A DNA stretch of 64,000 bases. It comes from Kiritimatiellia bacterium. Its GTDB lineage: Bacteria; Verrucomicrobiota; Kiritimatiellia; RFP12; UBA1067. Under the pieces are notes generated by a model. The model worked only from the letters and a program-made list of their open reading frames with translations. It made no database searches and was not told the DNA's origin. Position 1 is the stretch's first letter. The number at the start of each line of letters is the position of its first letter. Position numbers and translations under genes: made by a program. Below are positions 49,116-58,168 of this stretch, piece after piece. Location: the NCBI GenBank assembly GCA_050949565.1, contig JBMNFY010000015.1:68722-132721 (forward strand), given 5' to 3'.

Positions 49116-51395
49116 ATGTCAACCGTACTACGAAACATTCCCCATGCCCGATTTATCAGGCAGGCACGCTCGCCGAAAATGGCGCTGGTGTCCACGCAAG
49201 CGGCGCTCGACCAGGCGATTGAATCGCTCAAAACCGCCCCGTGGCAACGCGCGAGGCCGGGACTGACCGTCACCATGCCGGCCAGCGACCCCACGCAGAC
49301 CGCATCGTCAGAAGCCTACGACGCTTACAAGTTTTCTGGCGACTGCATCCCGCAGAGCGGCGAGCAAGCCGCGTTTGTCGGCATGGTCGCGTACAGGTTC
49401 AAAATCCCGTCCGGTGCGCTCGGCAATACACCGGTCACGCAGGTGGAACCTACGACCAGCGTGCGCTTGTACGCCAATAAGTTTTTGAGTGCCGGACTGC
49501 GTATCGCCGCATTTACGAGCAATGATGCCGACCCTAACATGCTCGGCTCGTGGGAACACATGCGCGGCGAGGTTGCAGGAAGCGGCGTGGGGTTTGTTGC
49601 CGGCCTGTTTGCTAACGAAGACGCTGGCACCAAGCGCGCCTCGAACCAGAGCGCCATCGTCTGCCCGCTACCATCCGGCGCGCCAGCCGCGCAATATCTC
49701 TGGATCATCGTGCAGCTCGAGGATTGGGCAGAAATTAAATGGGAGTATTGGATCGAGGGGGCCGGATTTCTGGAAGCGGATACCCTCTCTCTCGTACTCT
49801 CGAAAGACGGCGTCGAGCTGGACGAAGAGGGCGAGGAGTTTGTCTTCCCCGTCGCGCCGCAGGACTTCCATGAGCCATCACGGGTGTATGGTTTGGCGGC
49901 GTTGCCCCATGCTGGATTTGTCGGCCAGCTGTGGGGGGCATCAGGCGCACAGTTCGGTCGTGCGGTTGTGGATATTGCACGGATCGACTACTACAAAATC
50001 ATGGTGCTGGATGCCTTCGGCCACCTCAGCGTCTTCGACATCAACACACAAAAATACACTGAGCCGGACAGCCGCTTCATTCGCGATGATGCGAGGCCGG
50101 TCAAGGTCTGGGGTGAGATGGGAATCGACAACACCTTCGCCGTGCTGGTGCTCTACGACGATGGCAGCGTGCGCGCGAGAAAAAACAACTACACCGAATT
50201 TGCTGCAACCGCCGCATCACTCTCCGGCGTGGTTGACGTAGCCACGGATGGATGCAACGTGATCGTCAAGCTATCCAACGGCGAATATCAATCATTCAGC
50301 TATAATTCCCCCAGCTTGACTGCGGCGTTCTCATTCGCACCAACCTCGCCCGTCATCAAGGCCAGTATCTTTTCGGTCAATGAATCCACCTGGGTGGCGT
50401 GGTTTTTATGCGCGGACGGGAAGGTGCTCGCGAGCACCGGAACAGTCCTGCGCGCGAACGTGGTAGACATCGCCGCCTGGCGCAGAGGTGCGGCGATGCT
50501 GTCGGCCACCGGCACGGTATACGCTCAGGGAAACGACGACATGGGGATCGTCACCGACTGCGCCTCCCTGTCCGGCATCACACGCATCTGGGCAGGTATC
50601 GACGGGCTGGCCGCGCTCGGTGCAGACGGCACACTGACCGTCCTCGGCCTCAATAAATCTGAGGCCATGTCAAACCGTCCGGGCATTGATTTCCGCAACG
50701 CGGCCAAGATCACATTCGGGGGCGAGGGCGAAGATCCGCCAGCCCATCTGCCGCAGGTGTTGCATGATTCCCCGCAACTCCGCTACCGCTGGGATCGCTC
50801 AGAGTACCTCTCGGCTCCCCGTGATTTTTCGGCGGACGGCATGTTCGACAGCGACGCCTCGCGCGATACGCTTGTGCGCCTCGCAGTGTCCGGCGACGGC
50901 ACTCTAAGGCACGCGCCCTACGCAGGCACCGGCGCATACGGGATCGCCGCCAACCCGCAGACCGGCGGGCTGAGCATCACGGCATCTGCCGTTGGACTGA
51001 GGTTCAGCCGCCGCGCGACCGATTTGACGCCGACCAAGTTGCACTACTCATTGCCCGCGTTGCCGCACGGAGCAGGATCGCAATCGCGCTACATCCGCGT
51101 GGTCGCGCTGCTCGATCAGCATCCTGCTCCCGTCAACCCCATCGCAACGGCGGATGGATTCCGCACTATCTGGAGCGGTGCCGTGCCCGAGGGCTACCAG
51201 ATACTGGGTTCAGAATACCTAGAGCACAAAGGGTTTGAAAACAGCCGCTTCCTGCCGATTGCGGCGACGCCGTTCCAAGGCGTGATCTGGCTCATAGTTT
51301 TGCCGGTTCACTTGGAATTGAGCGGAGATTCACTTGCATTCAATGTAGAGGGAGACGGGTTTGCCGCCCAGCATGTTTTCTTGTACCGCGACTAA
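49116..51395 (+). CDS. Probable receptor-binding/tail protein with RCC1-like repeats
   Basis: GVVDVA, NVVDIAA, GTVYAQG and ADGTLTVLG repeats; last late gene. Confidence 0.5.
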   Translation: MSTVLRNIPHARFIRQARSPKMALVSTQAALDQAIESLKTAPWQRARPGLTVTMPASDPTQTASSEAYDAYKFSGDCIPQSGEQAAFVGMVAYRFKIPSGALGNTPVTQVEPTTSVRLYANKFLSAGLRIAAFTSNDADPNMLGSWEHMRGEVAGSGVGFVAGLFANEDAGTKRASNQSAIVCPLPSGAPAAQYLWIIVQLEDWAEIKWEYWIEGAGFLEADTLSLVLSKDGVELDEEGEEFVFPVAPQDFHEPSRVYGLAALPHAGFVGQLWGASGAQFGRAVVDIARIDYYKIMVLDAFGHLSVFDINTQKYTEPDSRFIRDDARPVKVWGEMGIDNTFAVLVLYDDGSVRARKNNYTEFAATAASLSGVVDVATDGCNVIVKLSNGEYQSFSYNSPSLTAAFSFAPTSPVIKASIFSVNESTWVAWFLCADGKVLASTGTVLRANVVDIAAWRRGAAMLSATGTVYAQGNDDMGIVTDCASLSGITRIWAGIDGLAALGADGTLTVLGLNKSEAMSNRPGIDFRNAAKITFGGEGEDPPAHLPQVLHDSPQLRYRWDRSEYLSAPRDFSADGMFDSDASRDTLVRLAVSGDGTLRHAPYAGTGAYGIAANPQTGGLSITASAVGLRFSRRATDLTPTKLHYSLPALPHGAGSQSRYIRVVALLDQHPAPVNPIATADGFRTIWSGAVPEGYQILGSEYLEHKGFENSRFLPIAATPFQGVIWLIVLPVHLELSGDSLAFNVEGDGFAAQHVFLYRD

Positions 51396-51768
51396 AACCA
51401 CCAACCGGCAAGGCCTTAAAGATCCGCGAGGCAGACTCACGCTCGCCTTTGGCGAGCTGGCTTTCGAGACTGGACGCTCAATACACAAGAGCACCCCGGT
51501 GTCCGGCCGTGCCGCAGCGACGCAGAAGAGTTCGTAGGAGAATCCGCGCTCGACATCGTGAAGAGAATGATGGCCGTGCCCTTTGCCGCGCAACTCACCC
51601 CGCGCGAATTCATGGTTCAGACGTTACATCGCTTAAGCCCCCACAAAAGCCCTTCATTGCCCGACGACGACGCCAGCGCGGCCACGGCTTACATCGACCG
51701 CCTGATCGCGCTCGGCCTCGCAGAGCGCATTTAAGCGCCCGTTTCAATCCCCCTGCAAAAACAAATCA

Positions 51769-51802
51769 GGCCGCTTGCAAAAACCCTGCAAGCGGCCGTT
51801 TT
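51769..51802 (+). terminator. Hairpin terminator at the prophage right end
   Basis: GGCCGCTTGCA-AAAACCC-TGCAAGCGGCC-GTTTT. Confidence 0.65.
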
Positions 51803-52486
51803 CCTCAACCCTTTGCTAAATCTCCTCACCTTGCGTGAAAACCCTCGACCGGGAAGCCCTCCCGTTTTTGGAGGAGAAAAGCTTCATGACGAATGCTCCT
51901 AGTTTTATCCGTGGACGCGCTGCTGAAGTGTATGTCAAGATCGCGGATGTGGAGGAGTGCATTGAGTTCATGAGAAAAGCTTTTGGCGTCAACGATGACA
52001 AAGGTTTTTGGCGTTTTTCGGTCAGCCGTCAATTCTTGGCAAAAATCGGAGCCGCTTTCGACGCCGAAGAAACCTCGGATGCGATCAAACAACGCGCGTT
52101 GCTCATCCTTCTCGAACACATGCAAGCACCGGCAAATCCCTCGGAAGCTTCTAAAATTGACGAGTTTTTGGCTCAAAAGTGCGAGGGTTACCGTCAAAGC
52201 TGGCAACGAATGGATGTGGCCCAACGTTTTCTCGGAGGCGAAAATGAAAAGGTGGACAGGCACTACAGGCTTATCCATGAAAGTGTTACGCAATTTCCCC
52301 CGGAACAGCGCATCGATTTGCGTAAGCGTTTCCCCGATCTGCCGCCGTTGCCGGATGACGTGCCCGCTAGAGGCCGCATGAAAGTCGCGTTCGCCATCAT
52401 CGCGGGGTTTGTCGCGCTCGCGGTGTGCGCTGTAGCGGCGTGGCTCGCCGCTCGGCGGAGGAAGGTGCGCAAAGCGGCGTGACAGC

Positions 52487-52945
52487 ATGGACAACACGAA
52501 CAGCATGGGCAACGCGGTGGAACTCTACTTCGTGGACACGCTGAACAGAGAGACGACTGCCGGTGTGCGTCGCCCAAAGGGGATCGCGATCGCAAGCGGT
52601 GTAGGTAGCAGAACCATCGCGCACGAGGTGTTGCACGACTGCGGGCTTGAGGACATCTATATTGCGGATGACCAAGGGAATCCTCTTTTAGAACTGGTCG
52701 CGGAGCAGAGCATTCCCGCCGACTGGGGCGGCGGTTATTACAACCCGTGGGTGCTCCAGCACGGCCTGATCAAAAGGCTCGTCATGCGCTCGTTTCTCAC
52801 CTCGCAGGAAGACGCTGGCACCGATCTGCCATCGGGGGATGTCCGTGGGTGGCATCACGGTCCGGGTGGCGGCGGGACATCGCTCATTCTAGGCCCTGCC
52901 AAGGTGGGCCAGTCGTCTATTGTAAAAACCCCGGGAAGTCATTAA
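52487..52945 (+). CDS. Orphan metallopeptidase C-terminal cassette 3
   Basis: MDNTNSMGNAVELYFV...TIAHEVLHDCGLEDIY...DWGGGYY...RLVM. Confidence 0.75.
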   Translation: MDNTNSMGNAVELYFVDTLNRETTAGVRRPKGIAIASGVGSRTIAHEVLHDCGLEDIYIADDQGNPLLELVAEQSIPADWGGGYYNPWVLQHGLIKRLVMRSFLTSQEDAGTDLPSGDVRGWHHGPGGGGTSLILGPAKVGQSSIVKTPGSH

Positions 52946-52950
52946 GGAGG

Positions 52951-53781
52951 ATGAAAATGAATGCACGTCAAATATCGTGCTACCTGATTGTTTGCACGGT
53001 CATTCTTTACTCCGTGTCGGTTGCGGCCAGCGATTACGCGGATTATTCGCGCCGCCCGCTGTCTGAAATGTTTGAGGTATACAGTAGGTTTAAAGCGAAT
53101 TTTCGGGCCGGCTCGAATTACAATGTGGGTGCCGCATCCGCGCTGATTGTCGCTGTCGGGGAAAAGGGCGGGCGCGAAGTGCTTCCGTTTCTGGAGGAGG
53201 AAAGCCTCGATCCCGAAATGTCCAAGCGCATCCGCTCTGCCGCCGCGAGAGCGTACGTCAAAATTGCAGACGTGGAGGAGAGCTTGAATCTGATGCGAAA
53301 ACTTTATGATGACCCTTCCTTGAGGTCATGGTACGACTACGTGAACAAATTTTTCCTACAGAAGGTGAAGTCGGAGGAGAAATCTTTGACAGACGAGGTG
53401 AAAAGTGACGTCTGCACTCACTTGCTTACGATTGTTCAGAATACGGATAGCGCGGGAGATGCGCTTGATGCTGAGTTCTTTTTGCGCGACTTTCTCCCGG
53501 GATACACCAACAGCAAGCAACGGGCGACACTGGTCCGGTACGCCAACACCGGCAACGAGTACATGACGAACAACTTCAACCCCATCAAGGCGCACTTCGA
53601 CAAAATCCCTCCAAAACAGCGCACTGACCTGCGCAAGCGTTTTCCCGATCTGCCGCCGTTACCGGGTGACGTGCCCGCTAGAAGCCCCGTGAAAGTCGCG
53701 TTCGCCATCATCGCGGGGATTGTCGCAGTGGTAGCGGCGTGGCTCGTCTTGCGGCGGAGAAAGGCGCATGAAGCGGCGTGA
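52951..53781 (+). CDS. Partner 3 (signal peptide, helical domain, DLRKRFPDLPPLP, TM, basic tail)
   Basis: AAGGAGG RBS; LPFLEEESLDPE...IRSAAA.YV.IA shared with partner 1; 3' end nearly identical to partner 1 at the DNA level. Confidence 0.8.
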   Translation: MKMNARQISCYLIVCTVILYSVSVAASDYADYSRRPLSEMFEVYSRFKANFRAGSNYNVGAASALIVAVGEKGGREVLPFLEEESLDPEMSKRIRSAAARAYVKIADVEESLNLMRKLYDDPSLRSWYDYVNKFFLQKVKSEEKSLTDEVKSDVCTHLLTIVQNTDSAGDALDAEFFLRDFLPGYTNSKQRATLVRYANTGNEYMTNNFNPIKAHFDKIPPKQRTDLRKRFPDLPPLPGDVPARSPVKVAFAIIAGIVAVVAAWLVLRRRKAHEAA

Positions 53782-53939
53782 CAGCAGGGCGGGGCAGTAC
53801 CTTATCGTCCGGCGAGGCCAATAAAAAACAAGTTTTGCCATGAAGGTAAGATTTGGGGTTACGGGTTCCGCCCGCGTTAGGACAATGGCGTCCGCATGAG
53901 CTTTGACCATGCGGGAGCAAATCGTTTATACTCACGCGG

Positions 53940-54611
53940 ATGGAAACAAATCCGTGGATCATCGGCTTGAAAGCCGCGCGCGCCAATCTGGTGCCGGGAC
54001 TGATTTTACAGGGCGCGGCCTTTGCTCTGCTGGCCGCCTACTATTTTCTGCCCGGCGTGGCGCGGGCGTTGGATACTGTTGCCGAATGGCAGGTGCGTTA
54101 CGGCATTCCATTTTCGTTTGCGAGCTATCTCTTTTTCTGTGGCATCATCCCCTACCTGTTCTGTCTGGCGATGCCTTCGCTGCGACCGAAGGAGCCGGGC
54201 AAAGCACTACTTTTTGCCTTGGGCGTCTGGTCGGTCGCCGGACTGATCCTGCCGCAGTTCTACAGATTGCAAACATATCTATACGGCGCGGGGACGGATG
54301 TCCGCACCTTGACGCTGAAGATCATCACGGATCAATTCGGCTACACCGCTTTTTTCGCGTCGCCCTATATCGCAATCACACATCTGTGGAAAGACCGCGG
54401 CTACCGCTGGTCAGCGATTGCTCCGCTATTGGGCAGGGGCTGGTACCGGCGTCTGGTGATCCCTAATCTGGTGATGAACTGGGTAGTCTGGATTCCCAGC
54501 CTGATCGTGATCTACAGCCTGCCCACAGCGCTACAGTCACACGTGTCTGGCTTGATCGGCGGATTCTGGGCCTTGATGAGCCTCCAGATCGCAGCGCACA
54601 CGCAGAAGTGA
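53940..54611 (+). CDS. Mpv17/PMP22-like membrane protein
   Basis: KIITDQFGY...NWVVWIP...YSLPTALQ. Confidence 0.65.
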   Translation: METNPWIIGLKAARANLVPGLILQGAAFALLAAYYFLPGVARALDTVAEWQVRYGIPFSFASYLFFCGIIPYLFCLAMPSLRPKEPGKALLFALGVWSVAGLILPQFYRLQTYLYGAGTDVRTLTLKIITDQFGYTAFFASPYIAITHLWKDRGYRWSAIAPLLGRGWYRRLVIPNLVMNWVVWIPSLIVIYSLPTALQSHVSGLIGGFWALMSLQIAAHTQK

Positions 54612-54745
54612 CCGATCTTTGATTTGCATTGCTCGTTTTTTTAACGCAGAGACGCAGAGTTTTTACGGTGTAGCAGCGTGACCGCAAATCGAGCGAAAGG
54701 ATCTGTGTGCGACAAAGTAGGGCGGGACGTCTCGGACCGCCCACC

Positions 54746-54957
54746 GGCCCAACGGGCCGGATACACCATAGCCCGGGGCAAGCGAAGCGCAGCCCCGGGT
54801 ACCGTTCCCCGCATCCACGTGCCCTGAAGGGGCACTTCAAACCCGCGCCGCCGGTCGCTTTTGAAGTGGCCCTTCAGGCCACAATGCCATTCTTCCCCGT
54901 CACCCAGGGCGGCGCTTCGCTTGCCCTGGGCTAAGATGAAACCGCCCCTTCGGGGCT
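54746..54957. repeat. Long imperfect inverted repeat (REP-doublet/REPIN-like)
   Basis: TAGCCCGGGGCAAGCGAAGCG...GCCCTGAAGGGGCACTTCAAA pairs with TTTGAAGTGGCCCTTCAGGCC...CGCTTCGCTTGCCCTGGGCTA. Confidence 0.75.
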
Positions 54958-55586
54958 TAGGCTCCGCGCACAGCGCGGAAGACAAAACGCTTTCAACTCT
55001 CAAATTAATGCATCAACGCGGGCGGAGCCCGAAACCCAATTTACGATACTCGCAAGTCTGGTAAATGATTTTGCGGCGGCAAGCGGTATTCCGCGCGACG
55101 CCGCTTTAGCGTAAACGGGCTGGAAAGCGGTGCCGCGACCCGCGCACAGCGCGTCTCTTGTCACTCGCACTCCAAAATAAAAACCGAGCAGCGCTTTTAC
55201 TCTCACGGTTGCGAGCCACTGCGTGGCCGCAACAAGAGAGGTTGACCCGCGACATTCGACTCGCGACCTGCGACTGCCGCCCCAAAAACCTTGTGGCATG
55301 GGCGTCCCGCCCATGAAACACGGGCAAGATGCCCGTGCCACACCTCTGCGTCTCTGCGTTAAACAAACCCGAACCATGAAACACATGAAACTTCATGAAA
55401 ATCATGCCCCTTGTCGTTCTTGGCGCCTCTGCGTTAAAAAACCCGAGCATTGCCTCCCAAAAATCACCCTCTGCGTCTCCCCGTCTCTACGTTAAAAAAA
55501 TCATGAAATTGGTCTTGATTCGGATAATCCGAACCTGTATTATCTCGCCCCATTCAACCCGGGATAGGCCCGGTAAACCATGAACG

Positions 55587-56972
55587 TTGACAATGAATCT
55601 TAAGCCTATTTTTCTTTCTTTGATCGTCCTCACATGGTGTGGATGCAAGACCTATGACGCACAGCAGACGCGGAGCGAGCATACCGAAGATTTCCGGCAT
55701 GACCTCGACGCGCAGACCGCCGCCCTGTTGGCGCAGCCGCTCTCTTTGCAGGACTGCGTGACGATCGCGATGACAAACAACTACGAGGCCCGCCAAGCTG
55801 ACCTGCGGCACGAGCTCGCCCGCCTTGGCAAAGACATCGCGTTCTCGGAGTTCCTGCCGAAAATGACGTTGGCCGCCTCGGCCACGCGCAACCGCTTCCC
55901 CAACACAGTTGGTGGCGGCCTCATGGCGTTCGAGCGCCGCTCCTACAGCGATGCCGCGCTCAATGTCGATGTGCCGATCCTCACCCCTTCGGTCTGGTTC
56001 CTCTACGCCGCGCGTCGCCAGCAGACGGAGATTGCCGCAGTCGCCGCGCACTACGTCCGGCAGGTCATCGTGCTGGAGACCACCCGCGATTATTACACAT
56101 GCCTCGTTCAAGAGGAGATCATCAATGCGCTCACCGCGCAGCGGGATGCCGCGCAGGAGACCTTCCGCCGCATCGACAGCTTGGCCGCCGAGGGCATGAG
56201 CACTACATGGGAACGGGAGCTGGCGCGTGCCCGCTACGAAGATCGCGCCGCCGCCCTGTCGCAGGCGGAGCGCGGACTCGTCACCGCGCGCGGTGCTTTG
56301 CTCCTCACACTGGGGCTTGCGCCGGATGCCTCCATCACGCTGGCGGGTGCCCCTGACGAATCCGCCCTACCGGACACCACCCTTGAAGAGCGTGTATTGC
56401 AAGCACTTTCCAGCCACCCGGAACTTGCGATGGCTGATCGGAATGTGGTCGTGCGCAACCATCAGGTCCGCCAAGCCTTCTGCGATTTCCTGCCCAATGT
56501 GATGGGATTCTGGACCGGCACCTATGCCGACAACACGTCGATGGACCGCCTGCACAACTGGAAGCTGGGACTTGCCGGAACCTGGAAGCTCTTTGACGGC
56601 TTTGCCAATGTCGCGCGTTACCGCTCGTCCAAGGTCGAGCGCACGTCCGCTGAATTGAGCCGTGAATCTCTCTTTCTCAGCATCATGCTGGAGGTGACCC
56701 GCGCGCACATGGGGATACAGGACGCGACGGACGCCTACCGCGTCGCGACCCAGAACCATCGCGCATTCGACCTCAAAAGCAACGACTACCGCGAAAAGAT
56801 GCGCGCCGGCTTGATCCCGGCCAAGGACAGCCTCGAGGCCGAAGCCGAACGCGACACCGCTCAGGTTATTCTCGTACAAACACGCTATCAGGAAGCGATC
56901 GCCCGCGCCACTTTGGACTTGGCCATGGGCACGACCCTCCTCCCCGAAACCGATTTAAAGAAGGAAGAATAA
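55587..56972 (+). CDS. TolC-family outer-membrane efflux lipoprotein
   Basis: Lipobox; LSLQDCVTIAMTNN; two FLP repeats; LFDGF. Confidence 0.9.
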   Translation: MTMNLKPIFLSLIVLTWCGCKTYDAQQTRSEHTEDFRHDLDAQTAALLAQPLSLQDCVTIAMTNNYEARQADLRHELARLGKDIAFSEFLPKMTLAASATRNRFPNTVGGGLMAFERRSYSDAALNVDVPILTPSVWFLYAARRQQTEIAAVAAHYVRQVIVLETTRDYYTCLVQEEIINALTAQRDAAQETFRRIDSLAAEGMSTTWERELARARYEDRAAALSQAERGLVTARGALLLTLGLAPDASITLAGAPDESALPDTTLEERVLQALSSHPELAMADRNVVVRNHQVRQAFCDFLPNVMGFWTGTYADNTSMDRLHNWKLGLAGTWKLFDGFANVARYRSSKVERTSAELSRESLFLSIMLEVTRAHMGIQDATDAYRVATQNHRAFDLKSNDYREKMRAGLIPAKDSLEAEAERDTAQVILVQTRYQEAIARATLDLAMGTTLLPETDLKKEE

Positions 56973-56975
56973 ATC

Positions 56976-58115
56976 ATGCACGTATCCCTACCTGCTATCA
57001 AACCTATGAATCTGCTGTTGGCGTCGGTCGCGCTCGCCGCTACGACATCGCTTGCGCAACAGGTGCTGCCTGTCAAGGTCACGCCGGTCGCGGCGCGCAC
57101 CTTTGAACGGCGCTTTCTGGTGCAAGGCTCGCTCCAGACCAAGAACTTCGCCAATGTCGCCGCACGCACCGGCGGCAACCTGGATGCTATTTGGGTGGAT
57201 GACGGGGATCGTGTGGAAGCGGGAAAAACCGTCCTGTTTCAGGTCGATCCCGTCGCACAGAGCAATGCGGTCACCGCCGCCGAGCAAGATCTGGCCGTAG
57301 CGCGCGCCGCCTGTGCGGTCAGCCGTGCCGCATCGGAAAAAACCGCAGCCGAAAGCCTGAAGGCCGAACGGGACTTCAAGCGTTACAGCCGCCTCCATGA
57401 AAAAGGCACCGTGACCGACAACGAGTTTGAGATTTACGAAACTGCGTATATCGTCACTCAGGCAGCCCTGCGCCTGACGAAGGCCGAAGTGGAACTCGCC
57501 GAAGCGCGGGTCGTGCAGGCCGAGGCCGCCCTGCGCATCGCGCAGAAAGACCTGGAAGATACGCGCATCTTCGCGCCGATCTCCGGCATCGTCAACAAAC
57601 GCGCGGCCGAGCCGGGCGAACATCTCGCCGCCGGACAGGTTGTCCTGCGCATCGACGATCCTACCGTTGTCGAGGCCGTCGCCTATCTGCCGGCTACGCT
57701 TTACCCCGAGGCCGAGCCGGGCAAAGCCACCTTCAGGCTCTCCGCAGACAGAGAAGACTTGGGTTCTCATCCCATTGTCTACCGCAGCCCGACGATCGAT
57801 CCGATCCTGCGCACCTTTGAAGTGAAAGGTCTGATCGAGAACAATCCCGCAGCGATCCCCGGAAACATGGCCTCATTCTCCTTCGTGTTCGAGAAACGTG
57901 ACGGCTTAGCTGTACCGGATGCCTCCATTGTGGCGCGTCTGAACCGATCAGTCGTCTTTGTCGTCAAAGACGGCAAGGCCAACATGCGCGATGTAAAAGC
58001 CGGCCTGCGCAATGACGGCTGGACCGAAATCCTAGAAGGCCTCGCGGAAGGCGAGCAGATTTTGGTCGAAGGCCAATCCCAAGCCACTGACGGTGTCGCA
58101 GTAGACATCCGCTAA
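56976..58115 (+). CDS. RND periplasmic adaptor (MFP)
   Basis: VDDGDRVEAG; IFAPISGIV; IDPILRTFEV; EILEGLAEGE. Confidence 0.9.
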   Translation: MHVSLPAIKPMNLLLASVALAATTSLAQQVLPVKVTPVAARTFERRFLVQGSLQTKNFANVAARTGGNLDAIWVDDGDRVEAGKTVLFQVDPVAQSNAVTAAEQDLAVARAACAVSRAASEKTAAESLKAERDFKRYSRLHEKGTVTDNEFEIYETAYIVTQAALRLTKAEVELAEARVVQAEAALRIAQKDLEDTRIFAPISGIVNKRAAEPGEHLAAGQVVLRIDDPTVVEAVAYLPATLYPEAEPGKATFRLSADREDLGSHPIVYRSPTIDPILRTFEVKGLIENNPAAIPGNMASFSFVFEKRDGLAVPDASIVARLNRSVVFVVKDGKANMRDVKAGLRNDGWTEILEGLAEGEQILVEGQSQATDGVAVDIR

Positions 58116-58168
58116 TCATACCTCGTTTCCGGCACCTCAATCTTAAACCCTTAAACGCCCCTATACTT

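Larger units (their letters stand above)
13401..51846. mobile_element. Mu-like transposable prophage (~38.4 kb, inverted early region, no tail sheath recognised)
   Basis: Direct repeat (C)GACCG at 13395/6-13400 and 51846/7-51851 inside a reconstructable host gene; end-binding repeats; transposase plus MuB-like ATPase, DUF3164-like, portal, protease, capsid and tape-measure genes. Confidence 0.92.
11693..52482 (+). pseudogene. Partner 2, split into 11693-11729, 13180-13400 and 51852-52482 by an IS4 element and the prophage
   Basis: Removing both elements and one copy of each TSD gives MTLRTHKVYGFIWIFLLSLMFPSGG...(G12 tract, frame change)...LFGMVEKLGDR|EALPFLEEKS...DLRKRFPDLPPLP-TM-RRRK, which aligns with partners 1 and 3. 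Confidence 0.85.

Noticed and set aside
51420-51734. Open frame ...EEFVGESALDIVKRMMAVPF...YIDRLIALGLAERI at the prophage right end
   Set aside because: It looks protein-like but has no convincing start or RBS; it may be a remnant or frameshifted gene and could not be assigned.
8830-53781. Diversity-generating retroelement, integron or invertase shufflon as the cassette mechanism
   Set aside because: No reverse transcriptase, integron integrase, attC-like hairpins or invertase recognised; all cassettes face the same way and the differences are not adenine-specific.
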